From NCBI RefSeq assembly GCF_001194135.2, contig NC_068995.1, positions 39,691,573 to 39,748,188 on the forward strand: DNA of 56,616 bases, given 5' to 3'. Source of the stretch: Octopus bimaculoides. Taxonomy: Eukaryota. How positions within the stretch are numbered: the first letter of the stretch is position 1; each line of letters begins with the position of its first letter. Shown piece by piece: positions 11,402 through 24,630 of the stretch. The translations under genes were made by a program, and so were the position numbers. Below the pieces are notes generated by a model, which saw only the letters and a list, made by a program, of their open reading frames with translations, had not been told where the DNA came from and made no database searches.

Positions 11402-13016
11402 CTGTGTGTTTCTTTTATATTCCTGTCACATTTGATTAAGGTGGAGCTCCATTATTTTTTCATTAGCTGTTCAGCACTTTAGCAATTTAGATGAATAATA
11501 CTTTGTTTAAAAGATTTCCAATGCATCTATGTGTCTAGCTGTACTATGTGTACGCGTATGAATGCGTTTATGTGTGTGTGTGTGTGTGTATGAATGTGTA
11601 TGTGTGTGTATGTGTGTGCTTTGTGCGTGCGCAGCAGCGGGGTTTTTCCAGTTTCTTTGTGTTATCCTGCATCTATTAGCTTGCATACGCACATACAGAA
11701 GCGCACACAACCATACATGCACACATACATATATAAATGCCTATGCACATACATTCATATATATGTATATAATAGTAACATGAACAAATTGCAGCAGCAG
11801 CAGCAGTAGTGGTGGTGGTGGTGGTGGTNNNNNNNNNNNNNNNNNNNNNNNNNNNNNNNNNNNNNNNNNNNNNNNNNNNNNNNNNNNNNNNNNNNNNNNN
11901 NNNNNNNNNNNNNNNNNNNNNNNNNNNNNNNNNNNNNNNNNNNNNNNNNNNNNNNNNNNNNNNNNNNNNNNNNNNNNNNNNNNNNNNNNNNNNNNNNNNN
12001 NNNNNNNNNNNNNNNNNNNNNNNNNNNNNNNNNNNNNNNNNNNNNNNNNNNNNNNNNNNNNNNNNNNNNNNNNNNNNNNNNNNNNNNNNNNNNNNNNNNN
12101 NNNNNNNNNNNNNNNNNNNNNNNNNNNNNNNNNNNNNNNNNNNNNNNNNNNNNNNNNNNNNNNNNNNNNNNNNNNNNNNNAGGAGGAGGAGGAGGAGGAG
12201 GAGGAGGTGGAGGAGGACGGGGAGGTGGAGGAGCTGAAGGTGGAGGAAAAGGAGGAGGAAAGCTACGGGCAGGTGGATAACTATGATGATGGTGACGACC
12301 GCGAATAAGAGGCGGAAGACGGGGAACGAACAGAGGAGGAAGGAGAGGATGAGCAGAGGACGAGGAGGAGGGAGACGACGATGATGATGATGACGACGAC
12401 GAGTTTGGTGAGTCCATGAGTGGATGGTACTTATTGCATACATCCCGAAGATGATAAGGAAGAAATGTCCATAATGGTATCTCCGCATGGCAGAAGATAA
12501 GTTTGTTTAGGGTGAGGGTGTATGGTCGTCGTGAAGTATCTCCCTCCCTCTCTTCTTCCATCTTACTTTCTTTCTTTCTCTCTCCTTGTTATTCCGTCGT
12601 CTCTCTTTTTCTTTACTCTCGATCAGCCAAGTTAGCAATGGGTTTCCCGTCAAGTGACTCCAACCTTACTGACCGACAGGTAAGATCAGTTAATAATCAA
12701 TAAGAGAGAGAGAGAGAAAGAGAGTGAAAAAACAAATATGAAGTCAATATGTATCCATTAGTTAACAAACAATGTGATGTTGCCATAGAAACCGAGTACA
12801 CCTCTTCGCTACACACATACACTCTCTTTCACTCTCTCACTCTCTCACACACATACATACATACACACACACATATATAGCAGTGCAATGGAAAATAACT
12901 ATAATCCTACATATATTCAATAGAGAAACATATATATACGTAAAGTCAAACATACATGGATATACACACGTAAATGTTTACATGGTGATGTGTGTATGTA
13001 TTTCTGTATGTATCAA

Positions 13017-13099
<83 letters not shown>

Positions 13100-13104
13100 A
13101 TATG

Positions 13105-14127
13105 CATCCATGTATGTATGCATGTCATTATTCAGTTCATTTCAAGATTTCTTGCCAATAGAGGAAGAACCGGTTTCTAACCTAGATCCAAATGTTCCTT
13201 CATTGGAATTTCAACATCAACAACAGGCTATTTTTGTATGTATGTATGTATGTATGTACGTATGAATGTATGTACGTATGTATGTGTGTGTGTATGTGTG
13301 CGTGTATGTATGTATGTATGTATGTATGTATGTATGTATGTATGTATGATTGACTACGCACTGCCTAAATACCAATCTAAATACTAGACCGAGGGTTGCC
13401 TACCAGGCCGCTGGTGATGATGCTACACACCATACTAATCATGTCTGTCGGGCACGTAGAAGGGAGTGTGATTCAGCAGGAGGACTTAAACGACACGCAA
13501 AGGTACATGGATCCCAATTACAACAACAGCCATCTATTGCCAGTAAAGGTATTGGATGCCAACTCTGTGCAAGACATTGTAGATCTTTGGCTGGGCTAAA
13601 AAGTCACATTCGATCACAGCACCGTTAAGTTAAGCTTCGTGCAATGGCCATACTCGATAACGAGGGGGCAGCCATCATGTATGTATGTATGTATGTATGT
13701 GTGTGTGTATGTATGTATGTATGTATGTATGTATGTATGTATGTATGCAAGTATGTATGTATGTATGTATGTGCAGATTTGTATGTTTTATGTATGTATT
13801 CTCATGCATAGAGTTGCATATCTAGACATGCTCAAATATACTTAAAACATAAACTTCTGGAGAGTTTTACAGATTTTTACAGTTCCATTGATGGATTGGA
13901 AATCTGTAGTCTTCGGATTAACTTTCTCGTTTTTGGTTTTGAAAAGCTTAATTTCTCAAGATTGGTATTTAGGCAGTGTGTTACATGTCCCAAGGACCCA
14001 ATAATTACAGGTATAAACCTGAACTTCTAATCTGGATAGAGTAACTAGAGATTTCTCCATATTTCAGCAAAGGTGTTCTCTTTTTCACTGATCTTCAGCT
14101 TTATATAAACATCCACTGGGCAGCTAA
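13105..14127 (-). pseudogene. 5'-truncated LINE with restriction-like endonuclease C-terminus (CRE/NeSL/R4-type) plus 3' UTR
   Basis: 14125 to 13844 translates SCPVDVYIKLKISEKENTFAEIWRNL*LLYPD*KFRFIPVIIGSLGHVTHCLNTNLEKL..LIRRLQ, frameshift, SINGTVKICKT. The 3' UTR contains an internal (CATA)n and ends CTGAATAATGACATGCATAC. Confidence 0.8.
13350..13676 (+). pseudogene. 5'-truncated RTE-like LINE 3' end with Cys/His finger-like motifs, nested in the element above
   Basis: ORF ..VCRARRRECDSAGGLKRH..GCQLCARHCRSLAGLKSHIR*; short 3' UTR with CTCG-ATAA-CGAG stem, then (ATGT)n. The C-x2-C..S..GL..H end is typical of RTE ORF2. Confidence 0.65.
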
Positions 14128-14436
14128 GTGTTTTATTACCAGCTTAATATATTAGCAAGACAATTTTGTAAAGAGCAGTTCCCAATAACTTCAATGTTTG
14201 CGTATGTACAAATGTGTGTACAAGTGTACATGTGTACAAGTGTACAAATGTACAAATGTGTGCACAAGTGTATTTCTATCTATATCTGTATGCGTGACAG
14301 TATCACCATTTTAGTGGAGAAGGTTCTAGATGTGTGTCAGCACGAGATTATATAGCTCTGTGTTTAATCAGGTAGGTGGCTGTGCCAAGAAGAAATGTTT
14401 GCAAGCCGTTTGTAGATATGAATGTTTTAATATATG

Positions 14437-14736
14437 TTTGTTGCTGGCACTCCGTCGGTTACGACGTCGAGGGTTCCAGTTGATCCGATCAATGGAACAG
14501 CCTGCTCGTGAAATTAACGTGCAAGTGGCTGAGCACTCCACAGACACGTGTACCCTTAACGTAGTTCTCGCGGAGATTCAGCGTGACATAGAGTGTCATA
14601 AGGCTGGTCATTTGAAATACAGGTACAACAGAAACAGGAGTCTTGTTTTCGCTCAGTAAACACTCACAACGCCCGGTCTGGGGATCGAAACCGCGAGTCC
14701 GCTGCCCTACACAGACACTGGGCCATTGCGCCTCCA
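14437..14736 (-). mobile_element. SINE family A copy with internal deletions
   Basis: Reverse complement aligns to 482-870 but lacks about 85 bp of the middle and part of the head. Confidence 0.9.
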
Positions 14737-14789
14737 GGTATTGTTTATATACTAGGCATAAAGAAAGTCTGAGCACATGACCGTCTACA

Positions 14790-15128
14790 GCGGTTTACAC
14801 AGTTTCCGTCTGCGTAATTTCACTCAGAGGTTGTGCAGATAACTGAGGCTGTAGATTATTATATGCCACGCACTCGGATTGAACTCTAACTGCGAGGTGG
14901 TGAAGCGAATATCTTAACCATTCCGCCGTTATGTGCGTACATATATGTGCTGCTGTTGTGAGCTAAGTGAAATGGACCAACGTGAAATAAAGTGTGTTAC
15001 TTAAGGACACAACGCACCACCAGGAATCGAACACGTGACTTTAGAGTGTCTTAAGTTTGATCTGTTCGACTAAAACCCTCAAGGCGGTGCTCCAGCAGAG
15101 CCGCAGTCAAATGACTGAAACAAGTAAA

Positions 15129-15130
<2 letters not shown>
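14790..15130. mobile_element. Pile-up of SINE fragments: family B head (-), family D head (-), family B 3' end (+)
   Basis: CAGTTTCCGTCT..; GAAATAAAGTGT..GGACACAACGCA..GGAATCGAAC; AAGGCGGTGCTCCAGCA..GCCGCAGTCAAATGACTGAAACAAGTAAAAG. Confidence 0.65.
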
Positions 15131-15208
<78 letters not shown>

Positions 15209-15523
15209 ATAAATATGTCACACACTCAATACAGACACACACACTACGCACGCGCACACACTCACACACGCACGCCCACACCGTATTTCAGTGTGTGTGT
15301 GTGTGTGTGTACGCTAGCTCTTTTGATCGAGTGATCAGTGACTAACTAAAGTTACCAGTTCCATAGGATCCTACCTTGAACCACTTGCATCTTTCAGTCC
15401 TGTTCTACTTAGGAAAATCAACCACTTTTCTCTAATAATTTTGTATATATATACTCATATGTTTTATATTTGCCTATAAGTTTCATATCCTATTTGTCTT
15501 TGAATAAATCTATATTTGTCTGC

Positions 15524-15561
<38 letters not shown>

Positions 15562-17096
15562 CAATTATCAATATATATATATATATATATATNNNNNNNN
15601 NNNNNNNNNNNNNNNNNNNNNNNNNNNNNNNNNNNNNNNNNNNNNNNNNNNNNNNNNNNNNNNNNNNNNNNNNNNNNNNNNNNNNNNNNNNNNNNNNNNN
15701 NNNNNNNNNNNNNNNNNNNNNNNNNNNNNNNNNNNNNNNNNNNNNNNNNNNNNNNNNNNNNNNNNNNNNNNNNNNNNNNNNNNNNNNNNNNNNNNNNNNN
15801 NNNNNNNNNNNNNNNNNNNNNNNNNNNNNNNNNNNNNNNNNNNNNNNNNNNNNNNNNNNNNNNNNNNNNNNNNNNNNNNNNNNNNNNNNNNNNNNNNNNN
15901 NNNNNNNNNNNNNNNNNNNNNNNNNNNNNNNNNNNNNNNNNNNNNNNNNNNNNNNNNNNNNNNNNNNNNNNNNNNNNNNNNNNNNNNNNNNNNNNNNNNN
16001 NNNNNNNNNNNNNNNNNNNNNNNNNNNNNNNNNNNNNNNNNNNNNNNNNNNNNNNNNNNNNNNNNNNNNNNNNNNNNNNNNNNNNNNNNNNNNNNNNNNN
16101 NNNNNNNNNNATACATATATATATATATCGTTGTTTTTATGCAAAAGTATCGTTAAGTCCAAAACGTTGCTTTTTCAGAAAACGGAAAAATAGCTTCAGC
16201 ATTCCATTTCTTTTTACATTCACAATAGTCTCAGCTTAACAATAATACCTTGTTGGGTGCATAAAATCGTAATTCCATGCATGAATGATATTTTCAGTCA
16301 GAAATATTTTTGAAGAACTGTCGTATGTGGGGCTTACTAAACTTTTGAAAAAGGCTAATCTATTGTACTACACTTTGAGAATTTCCATCTGAAGCAGCTG
16401 CAGATACGATAGTTTGACCAAAAGAACCGGCTATTGCAAGCAAAATTAAATATTAAAAAAAAAACACATTTGGCCAACTTTGGACATACGACAGTTTAAC
16501 ATAATAGCAAGGATTTAAATATATATATATGTTCAGCGGTCAGTATGTTTCTTGTTTTTCTCGCGTTGTCATCGCCTGTCATGTTATTGCATCTAAAAAC
16601 CATTCATTAATCTCTTTATAAGCTCTAACTTTGTTTTATTTTATTATAGCTATTAATGTTGTCCTTGGTGTAGTAGTTGTATGTGCATTACTCTGTGTGT
16701 GTGTTTATGTATCTATAATTGATTGCGGTATGCGGTATTGATCTCTTATATTTTTGTATGTATATCATATGCATAGGTAAGCGTATACCAATTTGAAACC
16801 ATGTAGCTATGAGAACCTAACAACTTTACATGCTTCAGACCACTTAGTTCTCTGCCTCTGTTTGTTATTACAACAAACAAAGCTACTCCAGAAAGCAGAT
16901 ATTACGAATATTTTGCTGACGGTCTGTTTTTAAGAGAAATACATCTCTACTTCAGTGTGGAATTAACAAAAACCTGCAGCAGAAATCAATATTGGCTATT
17001 TGTTTCTGTAGTTTATATTAGATTCGTTTAGTAGCTTTCTATGTTTGGTCTGGGTTTACATTTTAAGAACAATACACACACACACACACACACACA

Positions 17097-17142
<46 letters not shown>

Positions 17143-17460
17143 NNNNNNNNNNNNNNNNNNNNNNNNNNNNNNNNNNNNNNNNNNNNNNNNNNNNNNNNNN
17201 NNNNNNNNNNNNNNNNNNNNNNNNNNNNNNNNNNNNNNNNNNNNNNNNNNNNNNNNNNNNNNNNNNNNNNNNNNNNNNNNNNNNNNNNNNNNNNNNNNNN
17301 NNNNNNNNNNNNNNNNNNNNNNNNNNNNNNNNNNNNNNNNNNNNNNNNNNNNNNNNNNNNNNNNNNNNNNNNNNNNNNNNNNNNNNNNNNNNNNNNNNNN
17401 NNNNNNNNNNNNNNNNNNNNNNNNNNNNNNNNNNNNNNNNNNNNNNNNNNNNNNNTGTAT

Positions 17461-17680
17461 AAGGCGGTGCGCGGATAGAATTGTTAGTACGTCGGAAAAA
17501 TGCTAAGCAGTTTTTCTTCCGGCTGTTTCCGTCCTGAGTTCAAATACCGCTGAATTCAACATGGCATTTCATCCCTTCGTGGTTGTCAAAATAAACAACC
17601 ACCCTAGTGCTGGAATCGATGAAAATTGACTTCTCCCTTTCACTCAGCTTTGCTATTAATGTCCAGTTTCAGCAAGTGTC
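17461..17680 (+). mobile_element. SINE family C, diverged
   Basis: AAGGCGGTG..AGAATTGTTAGTACG..CTGAGTTCAAATACCGC..CATTTCATCCCTTCG. Confidence 0.75.
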
Positions 17681-19499
17681 ATTGTTATTATAAGGAGAAG
17701 GACAATTAACGTTACTTGGCAAGATTTCTCTATAGGAAAATATTTGACATAAATGTCGCTGTTTGATACTTAAAACCTCTCTTTTTTACCCGTACATTCT
17801 ATGTTAAGGTCTGATTTCGTTATGTCGTTTCGTACCGAGACGTCAGATGCGAACAAAGAATGAGATGTAATCAATCAGGCCTACACCTAACGTTTCGGAT
17901 ACCAGATGTTGTAACAAAATCAGGCCTGGCTATAATTTCTATAGAAAATGGGTAGAGTTGACCATAACAAGTGACTTATAAAACTTTTAATATACTTTGC
18001 AACATACTATGTTTGCATAACGAAATACAGTATGCCTTCAAGTCATTGATGCGTACATTCTGTAGTTGCAGGTATGTCTTCTAAAAACTTTGAGATAGGT
18101 AATATTAAGTTGGATTTCTTTATTGAATCCCCTAAGCAAGTATGAAGCTAAAGATTTTTTGAAAAGAGATAAATAGATGCTGATACGATTATATGTTTCG
18201 AAGAGGTTTTGGTATCGTGAAGTGTAACAGAAGCAGCGAAGAATTGAACTGTAGCACGTGCTTGGTCCCTTTATTGCAGTAGCTAGTAATATCTGTCTTC
18301 TCTACAGAGTTTTGTGACAGTATCTGAACCACTTACTACTAGCTAACTTAACAGCTACAGGTTATAAATTACTGCATCATCCTTTATTATTGGACTACCC
18401 TTCTGCGTGGTGTGTATTTCTGGCTAAGTGAATAAAACTCAGAAGTCTTGGCCAAACAATGCATTGTGAACAATATGACAGATACAGCGAACTCCTCGTC
18501 TATACTCGTCCTTAATATTCAAAGTAAGCAAACAATTGACACGATTCCCGGAATTTATGAACAGTACTTGCCTGCAGTGCTAAATGCATGAAAATACAAA
18601 TGTCTGCAAGCTCATCACGCTTGTCTATTTTATGAACTATTCGCGAATGTTCTAGCAGCTCATTCTTTCAGATAAAGAGATTCGTGGAATATAAATATAA
18701 GTGTCTTAGGATGCAACACATTCAAATCTCCGTATCGAATTCCACAGGGCAGTATTTCTACTGCTTTAGAAAGTTTCATGATAATAAATTTCATGATGAT
18801 AAATTGATGAGATTTTGTGGCATGTATGCTTCAAATCAAAGGACAGAATAACATATTTGAAGCAAAGAAACTTCTTCTAGATGTCGAAATTATATTCTGA
18901 AGACGTCTAGTTAAGAGCACGACTCTACTTTAATGGTACTCACCTTTTAAAGAATACTTAAATCATGCTCTTTAGCGAATTAAAATCTATCGCACTTTCT
19001 AGAAAATTGAACGGGATCGAGAGATATTCAGGAGTTTTCGAAGAGTATTAGCGACATAGAATAAACTTGCTACAACCAGGATTTGAACCAGGTTTTCAAT
19101 AATCAACCCATTGGGAACCTAGGGCTTACTTAGCAAAATCTGACCCTTTAGAGACGTGCCATTACAGTTTTTATACTTCTTGTTGGAAAGGACTGACACA
19201 TCCAATTACATAATCACCCAACAGAATTTATACATGATATAAGTTAAAGTCGACTAAGGTTTTATTTGATCTCGGATTAGAGCGGGAAATGTAGTAGATA
19301 GTTATGATATATTCATTTCATTACTTTACATCTTTGGTCATTTACTGAGAAATTTTCTTACACATTGGGACGTAAGGGTAGCACAAACGTACTACGGTCA
19401 TGTAAACTATATCTGTAGAATATTATCCTTCCTCTGGAACATTATCAGTTTAGTGAAAGGCATCACTTTTGTTACACTTTCAGGGAAGAATTTAACGAA

Positions 19500-19736
19500 A
19501 CGCTACAGTCTTCAAAATCATTTGGATAGGAGAGGTCAGAACAGTAGTGGAGAGTATTTTTCGTTACGGACAAATGAATTTTGGAAGAGGGGCCTTGCAA
19601 GTCTACCAGATAGATGGAAGAGCATTGTAGAAGATGAAAGAAAGTATATTTTAGTTTAAAAAAGAACACTGTTTATCTTAATTTTGAAAAATAAAAAAAG
19701 TTTAAAAAACTGCATTATGTATGGGATGACCCAATA
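19500..19736 (+). pseudogene. Mariner transposase C-terminus plus right TIR and TA target
   Basis: SLQNHLD..EYFSLRTNEFWKRGLASLPDRWKSIVEDERKYILV* matches the end of mariner DD34D transposases; ends CATTATGTATGGGATGACCCAA|TA. Confidence 0.75.
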
Positions 19737-19798
19737 TATGCATATATGTGTGTGTGCTTGTGTGTCTGTCTGAGAAAAAGAGAGAGAGAGAGAGAGAG

Positions 19799-19836
<38 letters not shown>

Positions 19837-21017
19837 NNNNNNNNNNNNNNNNNNNNNNNNNNNNNNNNNNNNNNNNNNNNNNNNNNNNNNNNNNNNNNNN
19901 NNNNNNNNNNNNNNNNCGATCTGTGTGTGTGTGTGTAAGTAATATGTATATGTAATAACTCTGTGAAAGCAACGGAAGCAAAATTAAATTTAAATCGACA
20001 TTTCTATCATACTAAATTTATGTACACCTTTGGAAGGTATGAAGCTGTGTTTTTTGTCCAAGAGAATATTTTCAGAAATAAGTTGTTTTAACAACACGAC
20101 GTACATACATACGTATGTATGTATGTTTGAGTGTGCGTATATATGTGCGTGCGTGTGTGTGAACAGTAAAAAATTCGATGAAGACAGTAGTCGTGTTTTA
20201 ACACAACATGCCACTAAGAGATTTTTCTCTCACACAAAAAGAATATGTTTTAATGTTGTATATACATTTAGTATGATACACGGATAGCGATTTTAATAAA
20301 ATGCTCTCGCGATTGCGTTCAGTGAATTTTTCTTCCGCAAACCAGTGAATGTATTATTCACTACATCCTATATATCGGTGTACGAATTTGGCCTCAGCAC
20401 AAGACAAACGAGTGCACGACAGTGACAAGCCCCAGGCAGAATGAAATTCGTCTATAATTTACGAGGGATCACTGCTACGAAGCTATTCGCCGCACACCAA
20501 TACATATTATGTTCTTCACACAACATGTCTATGCAGAGACTTTTTCTTAGGCGAAATCCATAACATTATGCAGTTCAACAGTGTGTCTGTATCTAATATG
20601 AAACACAAATTGCAGCATATGTATGTGTGTATGTGTGTGTGTGTGTGGGGGGGGGGTCATTTGCAAGTTAAACCTCTGGGCCATTTGTAGCTTTCTTCGT
20701 TCATCTAAAAAGGCGTAATTAATTCTATTATGAAGGCCGGAATATAACCTAAAGTTCACAAACTACAAATACAACCGTGACTGATAAAGCAGCTGTTGTT
20801 GTCAAGCTTATATCAAAACATCTCACGATCGCTTCCGGCAGTCTAAGCAGGGAACCTCTCTTAGCAAAGCATAATTAACAGCGGTCGCGCGCACATATGT
20901 CACTACAAATGTATGTTTGTGTGTTTATAGATGTCAATGTTGGCACCTATATATGTATGTATATATTTGCATATTTCAATATTACAGTATATATATATGT
21001 GTGTATACAATAACACG

Positions 21018-21060
<43 letters not shown>

Positions 21061-21124
21061 GTATATATATTTGTGTGTGTGTGTGTGTCCATGCGTGTGT
21101 TTATGTATGTATACACGCACACAC

Positions 21125-21197
<73 letters not shown>

Positions 21198-21552
21198 GCA
21201 TATATGAATATATATGTGTATATTTACGAAATTATGTTATGTATGCGTACACACACACATAGATACACGCGCGCGCGCACACACACACACACACACATAT
21301 ATACACACACATATATACACTTGTTTATCATAAACATATATGCATCTTTAGCAAAAACTCTAAGAAAATCTAAGTATTTTCAGACAAGACAAAAAGTTGA
21401 TACAAAGTTGCTTAAGAAACACTTTACGTCTTGAAAGAATAACACCATATAAAAAAAAATACATGGATATCTACGCAAACACCTATTATCATATTATCTT
21501 TGGAACGAAAATGATAGCAGCGAGACTTGATAAGGAGGTGTTGTCTTTAGCT

Positions 21553-21710
21553 AAATTCTTTTCTACTATAAGCACAAGGTCTGATATTTGCAGGGAGGAG
21601 CTTAGACGATTACATCGACCCCACTACTTGGGTGATACTTATTTCTCAAACCCGAAAGAATGGAATGCAAAATCGACCTTGTGAAACGTAAAACCGGAAG
21701 AAATACTGCT
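21553..21710 (-). mobile_element. SINE family C, diverged
   Basis: GCACAAGGTCTGATATTT..GACGATTACATCGACCCCA..TACTTATTT..CCCGAAAGAATG. Confidence 0.7.
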
Positions 21711-22365
21711 TTAAACTAGATGTAAAACTTTAATAACTCTAAAATACCAACGTTGAGAATTTCTGCACAAAAACCATGTGGAAGCTAATACATAACGCAA
21801 CAGAAAGATTGAAAATCTCCTCAAGTACACACAAAATTGCATTATTTATGAAATTAGACAAAATTAGAAAGCAAAACATCATTTTATCAGTGGGATAGTA
21901 CCAGCACCGAGCTGAACTGTTTAGCAAATATTGACCATAAAATCGCGTCTGTCTAGGACTATTGAATTCTACTTGTCTGTAGACGAACCTTTTCTCGTCA
22001 AAGACTTGAAATTTCGGACGACACATAGCAATATTGATGAACTTCTTTGCGGTATTTCACTTGTTTCACTTGATTCCAGTTGGAATCGAGCTCAAAATGT
22101 AGCAAGATATTAATCATATCCATTCTATTACCTTTGTCATTCGAATTTTTAATGATGAATTATAGTGAGCGAGCCCCATAGAGAATAAATGTAATTCCTA
22201 GTAACGTGGAGATTTGGGGCTCAAATTTATACCATTTCATTTTGATTATGCTTTTAGTCATTAACCGAAGTATGTCAATCATTTCAATCAAATAAATATA
22301 TTTCAATCATAAATCAAAGAAAAGTAAATATACAGCAAATTCCATCAGATGTTTTCCCAAAATAT

Positions 22366-22529
22366 CGATATGGCTGTATGGTTAATAATCTCACTTTGCT
22401 ATCACGTAGTTTTAATTTCAGTCCCACTGCGTGGTACATTGAGCAAGTGTTTTCTACTATAACCCCGGGAAAATTAATATGGTGTAACCGAATTTGGCAG
22501 GAAGAAATTGAGTGGAAGCCCGTCGCACG

Positions 22530-22587
<58 letters not shown>

Positions 22588-22690
22588 TATATATATATAT
22601 ATATATATATGGTTGTACGTGTTTGTCTCCCCGTCACCTTTAACAACCGCCTGTTGTTTGTTTACATCCCTGTATCATAGCTGTACTAGA
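22366..22690 (+). mobile_element. SINE family B with expanded internal (CA)/(TA) tract
   Basis: TGGCTGTATGGTTA..TTCAGTCCCACTGCGTGG..GCAAGTGTTTTCTACTATA..GAAGCCCGTCG..TGTTTGTC..ACAACCG..TGTTTAC. Confidence 0.75.
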
Positions 22691-23046
22691 AGACATGTGC
22701 AGAAGGTATTGTGTAGTGGGATTGAACTTGAACTTGAAACCCAAACCGTATGATCGTAAGCGTGCCACGTAAACACACCAACACCTATATAAACTGAAAT
22801 ATAGCACACAAGTTCATTTTTATATCTATATGTAGTTCTAGATACAAAAACTGCTCAAATAGTTAAATAGGGTGTGCTTTTACCATAATTCTGGTCGATC
22901 AGAGATAAAACCAAGGGCGAAACAAAATTCAAATAAGATCGTTAATGAAGCACTCGTTAATTTTGCTATCCTCCAATATACTTGGCTGCGAGAAGTGATG
23001 ATAATGATTAATAGAATTAATGAATATTATCTGTTACGTTTTATCA

Positions 23047-23418
23047 TTTACTTGTTTCAGTCATTGGGCTTTCGATGATTTAGTCGAAGAAATCGCCTCT
23101 AGTACTTGTTTTCAAACCTGGTACTTATTTTAACAGGCTCTTTTGCCGAACCGTTAATGGTGTTACGGGGACGTAAACAAACCAATATCGGTTATTAGGT
23201 GGTGAGGGACAAGCAGAAACACACACACTCATACAGGCACGCACATATACACGAATTGCTTCATTGTGTTTGCGCCTATCAAATCCACTCACAGTTCTTT
23301 GGTTTGTCCGGGTTATATTTGAAGTCATTTGCCCAGGCTGAAAAGCAATGCGACTTCACCTGGCAATATGTGGTTGGGAAGCAAACTTCTTACCACACAG
23401 CCACAACTGAGCCTATAT
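23047..23418 (-). mobile_element. SINE family B, full length, diverged
   Basis: TTTACTTGTTTCAGTCAT..TTTTGCCGAACCG..CAAATCCACTCACA..CTTACCACACAGCCAC..GCCTAT. Confidence 0.85.
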
Positions 23419-23504
23419 GAATAAATAAGGAAATAAATAAATCAGCAAACTAACAAATGAGCGCCTAAACGACCGAATGGATTATAAATGGATCTTTTAT
23501 CATC

Positions 23505-23750
23505 CACTTGGTTCAGTCATTGGATCACGGCCATGCTGGGGCATCACTTTGAAGAATTTTAGCCAAATGAATCGAACCCAAAACGTTTGTCTTTTGTTTT
23601 TTTTTTTTAAATCCTGGTATATATTTAATAGGCATCTTTTACCGAAACGCTAAGTTACAGGGATGTAAACAGGCCAACATCGGTTGTCAAGCGGTGGTGG
23701 GAGACAAACACAAAGGCAAATTCACACACACACACACTTATATATGTATG

Positions 23751-23784
<34 letters not shown>

Positions 23785-23803
23785 CGTGTGTGTGTGTGTG
23801 TGT

Positions 23804-23851
<48 letters not shown>

Positions 23852-24008
23852 TAAGCTTCTTTTCAGTTTCCAGCTACCAATCACAAGTCGTTGGTTGGTC
23901 CGAGGCTATGGTAGACGACACTCGCCCAAACTACCACGCCGCAGTGGGACTGAACACGGAATCATGTTGTTGGGAAGTAAACTTTGTACCGCACAATCAC
24001 GCCTGTGC
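23505..24008 (-). mobile_element. SINE family B, full length, with long internal (TA)/(TG) tract
   Basis: TTCAGTCATTGG..GGCCATGCTGG..CATCGGTTGTCAAGCG..CAGTTTCC..GCAGTGGGACTGAAC. Confidence 0.85.
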
Positions 24009-24505
24009 TTCGATGAATCTAAAAATTGAACGAACACGCGAACGAATGAAATAATTTTTAAGATAAATAAATAAATAAATTTTTAAAATGAACGAATATT
24101 TAAATCAATAAATTATCGAATGTGTTCGCAAATATATCAACGAACATAAAAACTAACTAACGAATAAATGAGTAAATGAAGAAATAAGTAACTTAATCAG
24201 TTTAGGAATGAATGAATAAAAGAATAAAAGAATAAATGAATGAATGATATATGAAATGGAATGACATGACATGGTTCTATCATTATATAATATGTTTCCA
24301 ATGTAATGTCTGATTAATAGTTGGCAAGACGTCAATAATTTCTCAATGGTACACGGTATTGATTGATGGTAATGTCTCAGTGTACAGAATGACAAAAAAC
24401 AGTCGAAGCATTACGTTCAATTTTTCACTATGCTTACTCATCTCTCTTAGTCACACACGCGCACAGACGCACACACATGAATACACGTTCATACGCTTTT
24501 GCCTT

Positions 24506-24630
<125 letters not shown>

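Noticed and set aside
11755-12561. Pro/Ser/His-rich 268-aa minus-strand ORF
   Set aside because: Built from (GGA)n/(GAT)n repeats plus a gap; overlapping frames are equally open; no domain or convincing splice sites. Cannot be fully excluded without RNA data.
13350-13628. Host C2H2 zinc-finger gene
   Set aside because: No linker motifs; starts at a chimeric junction; ends in a retroposon-style hairpin and (ATGT)n tail.
14080-14100. Minus-strand CTGAAGA-TCAGT-GAAA
   Set aside because: Lies in LINE coding sequence (KLKISEK) with no stem II.
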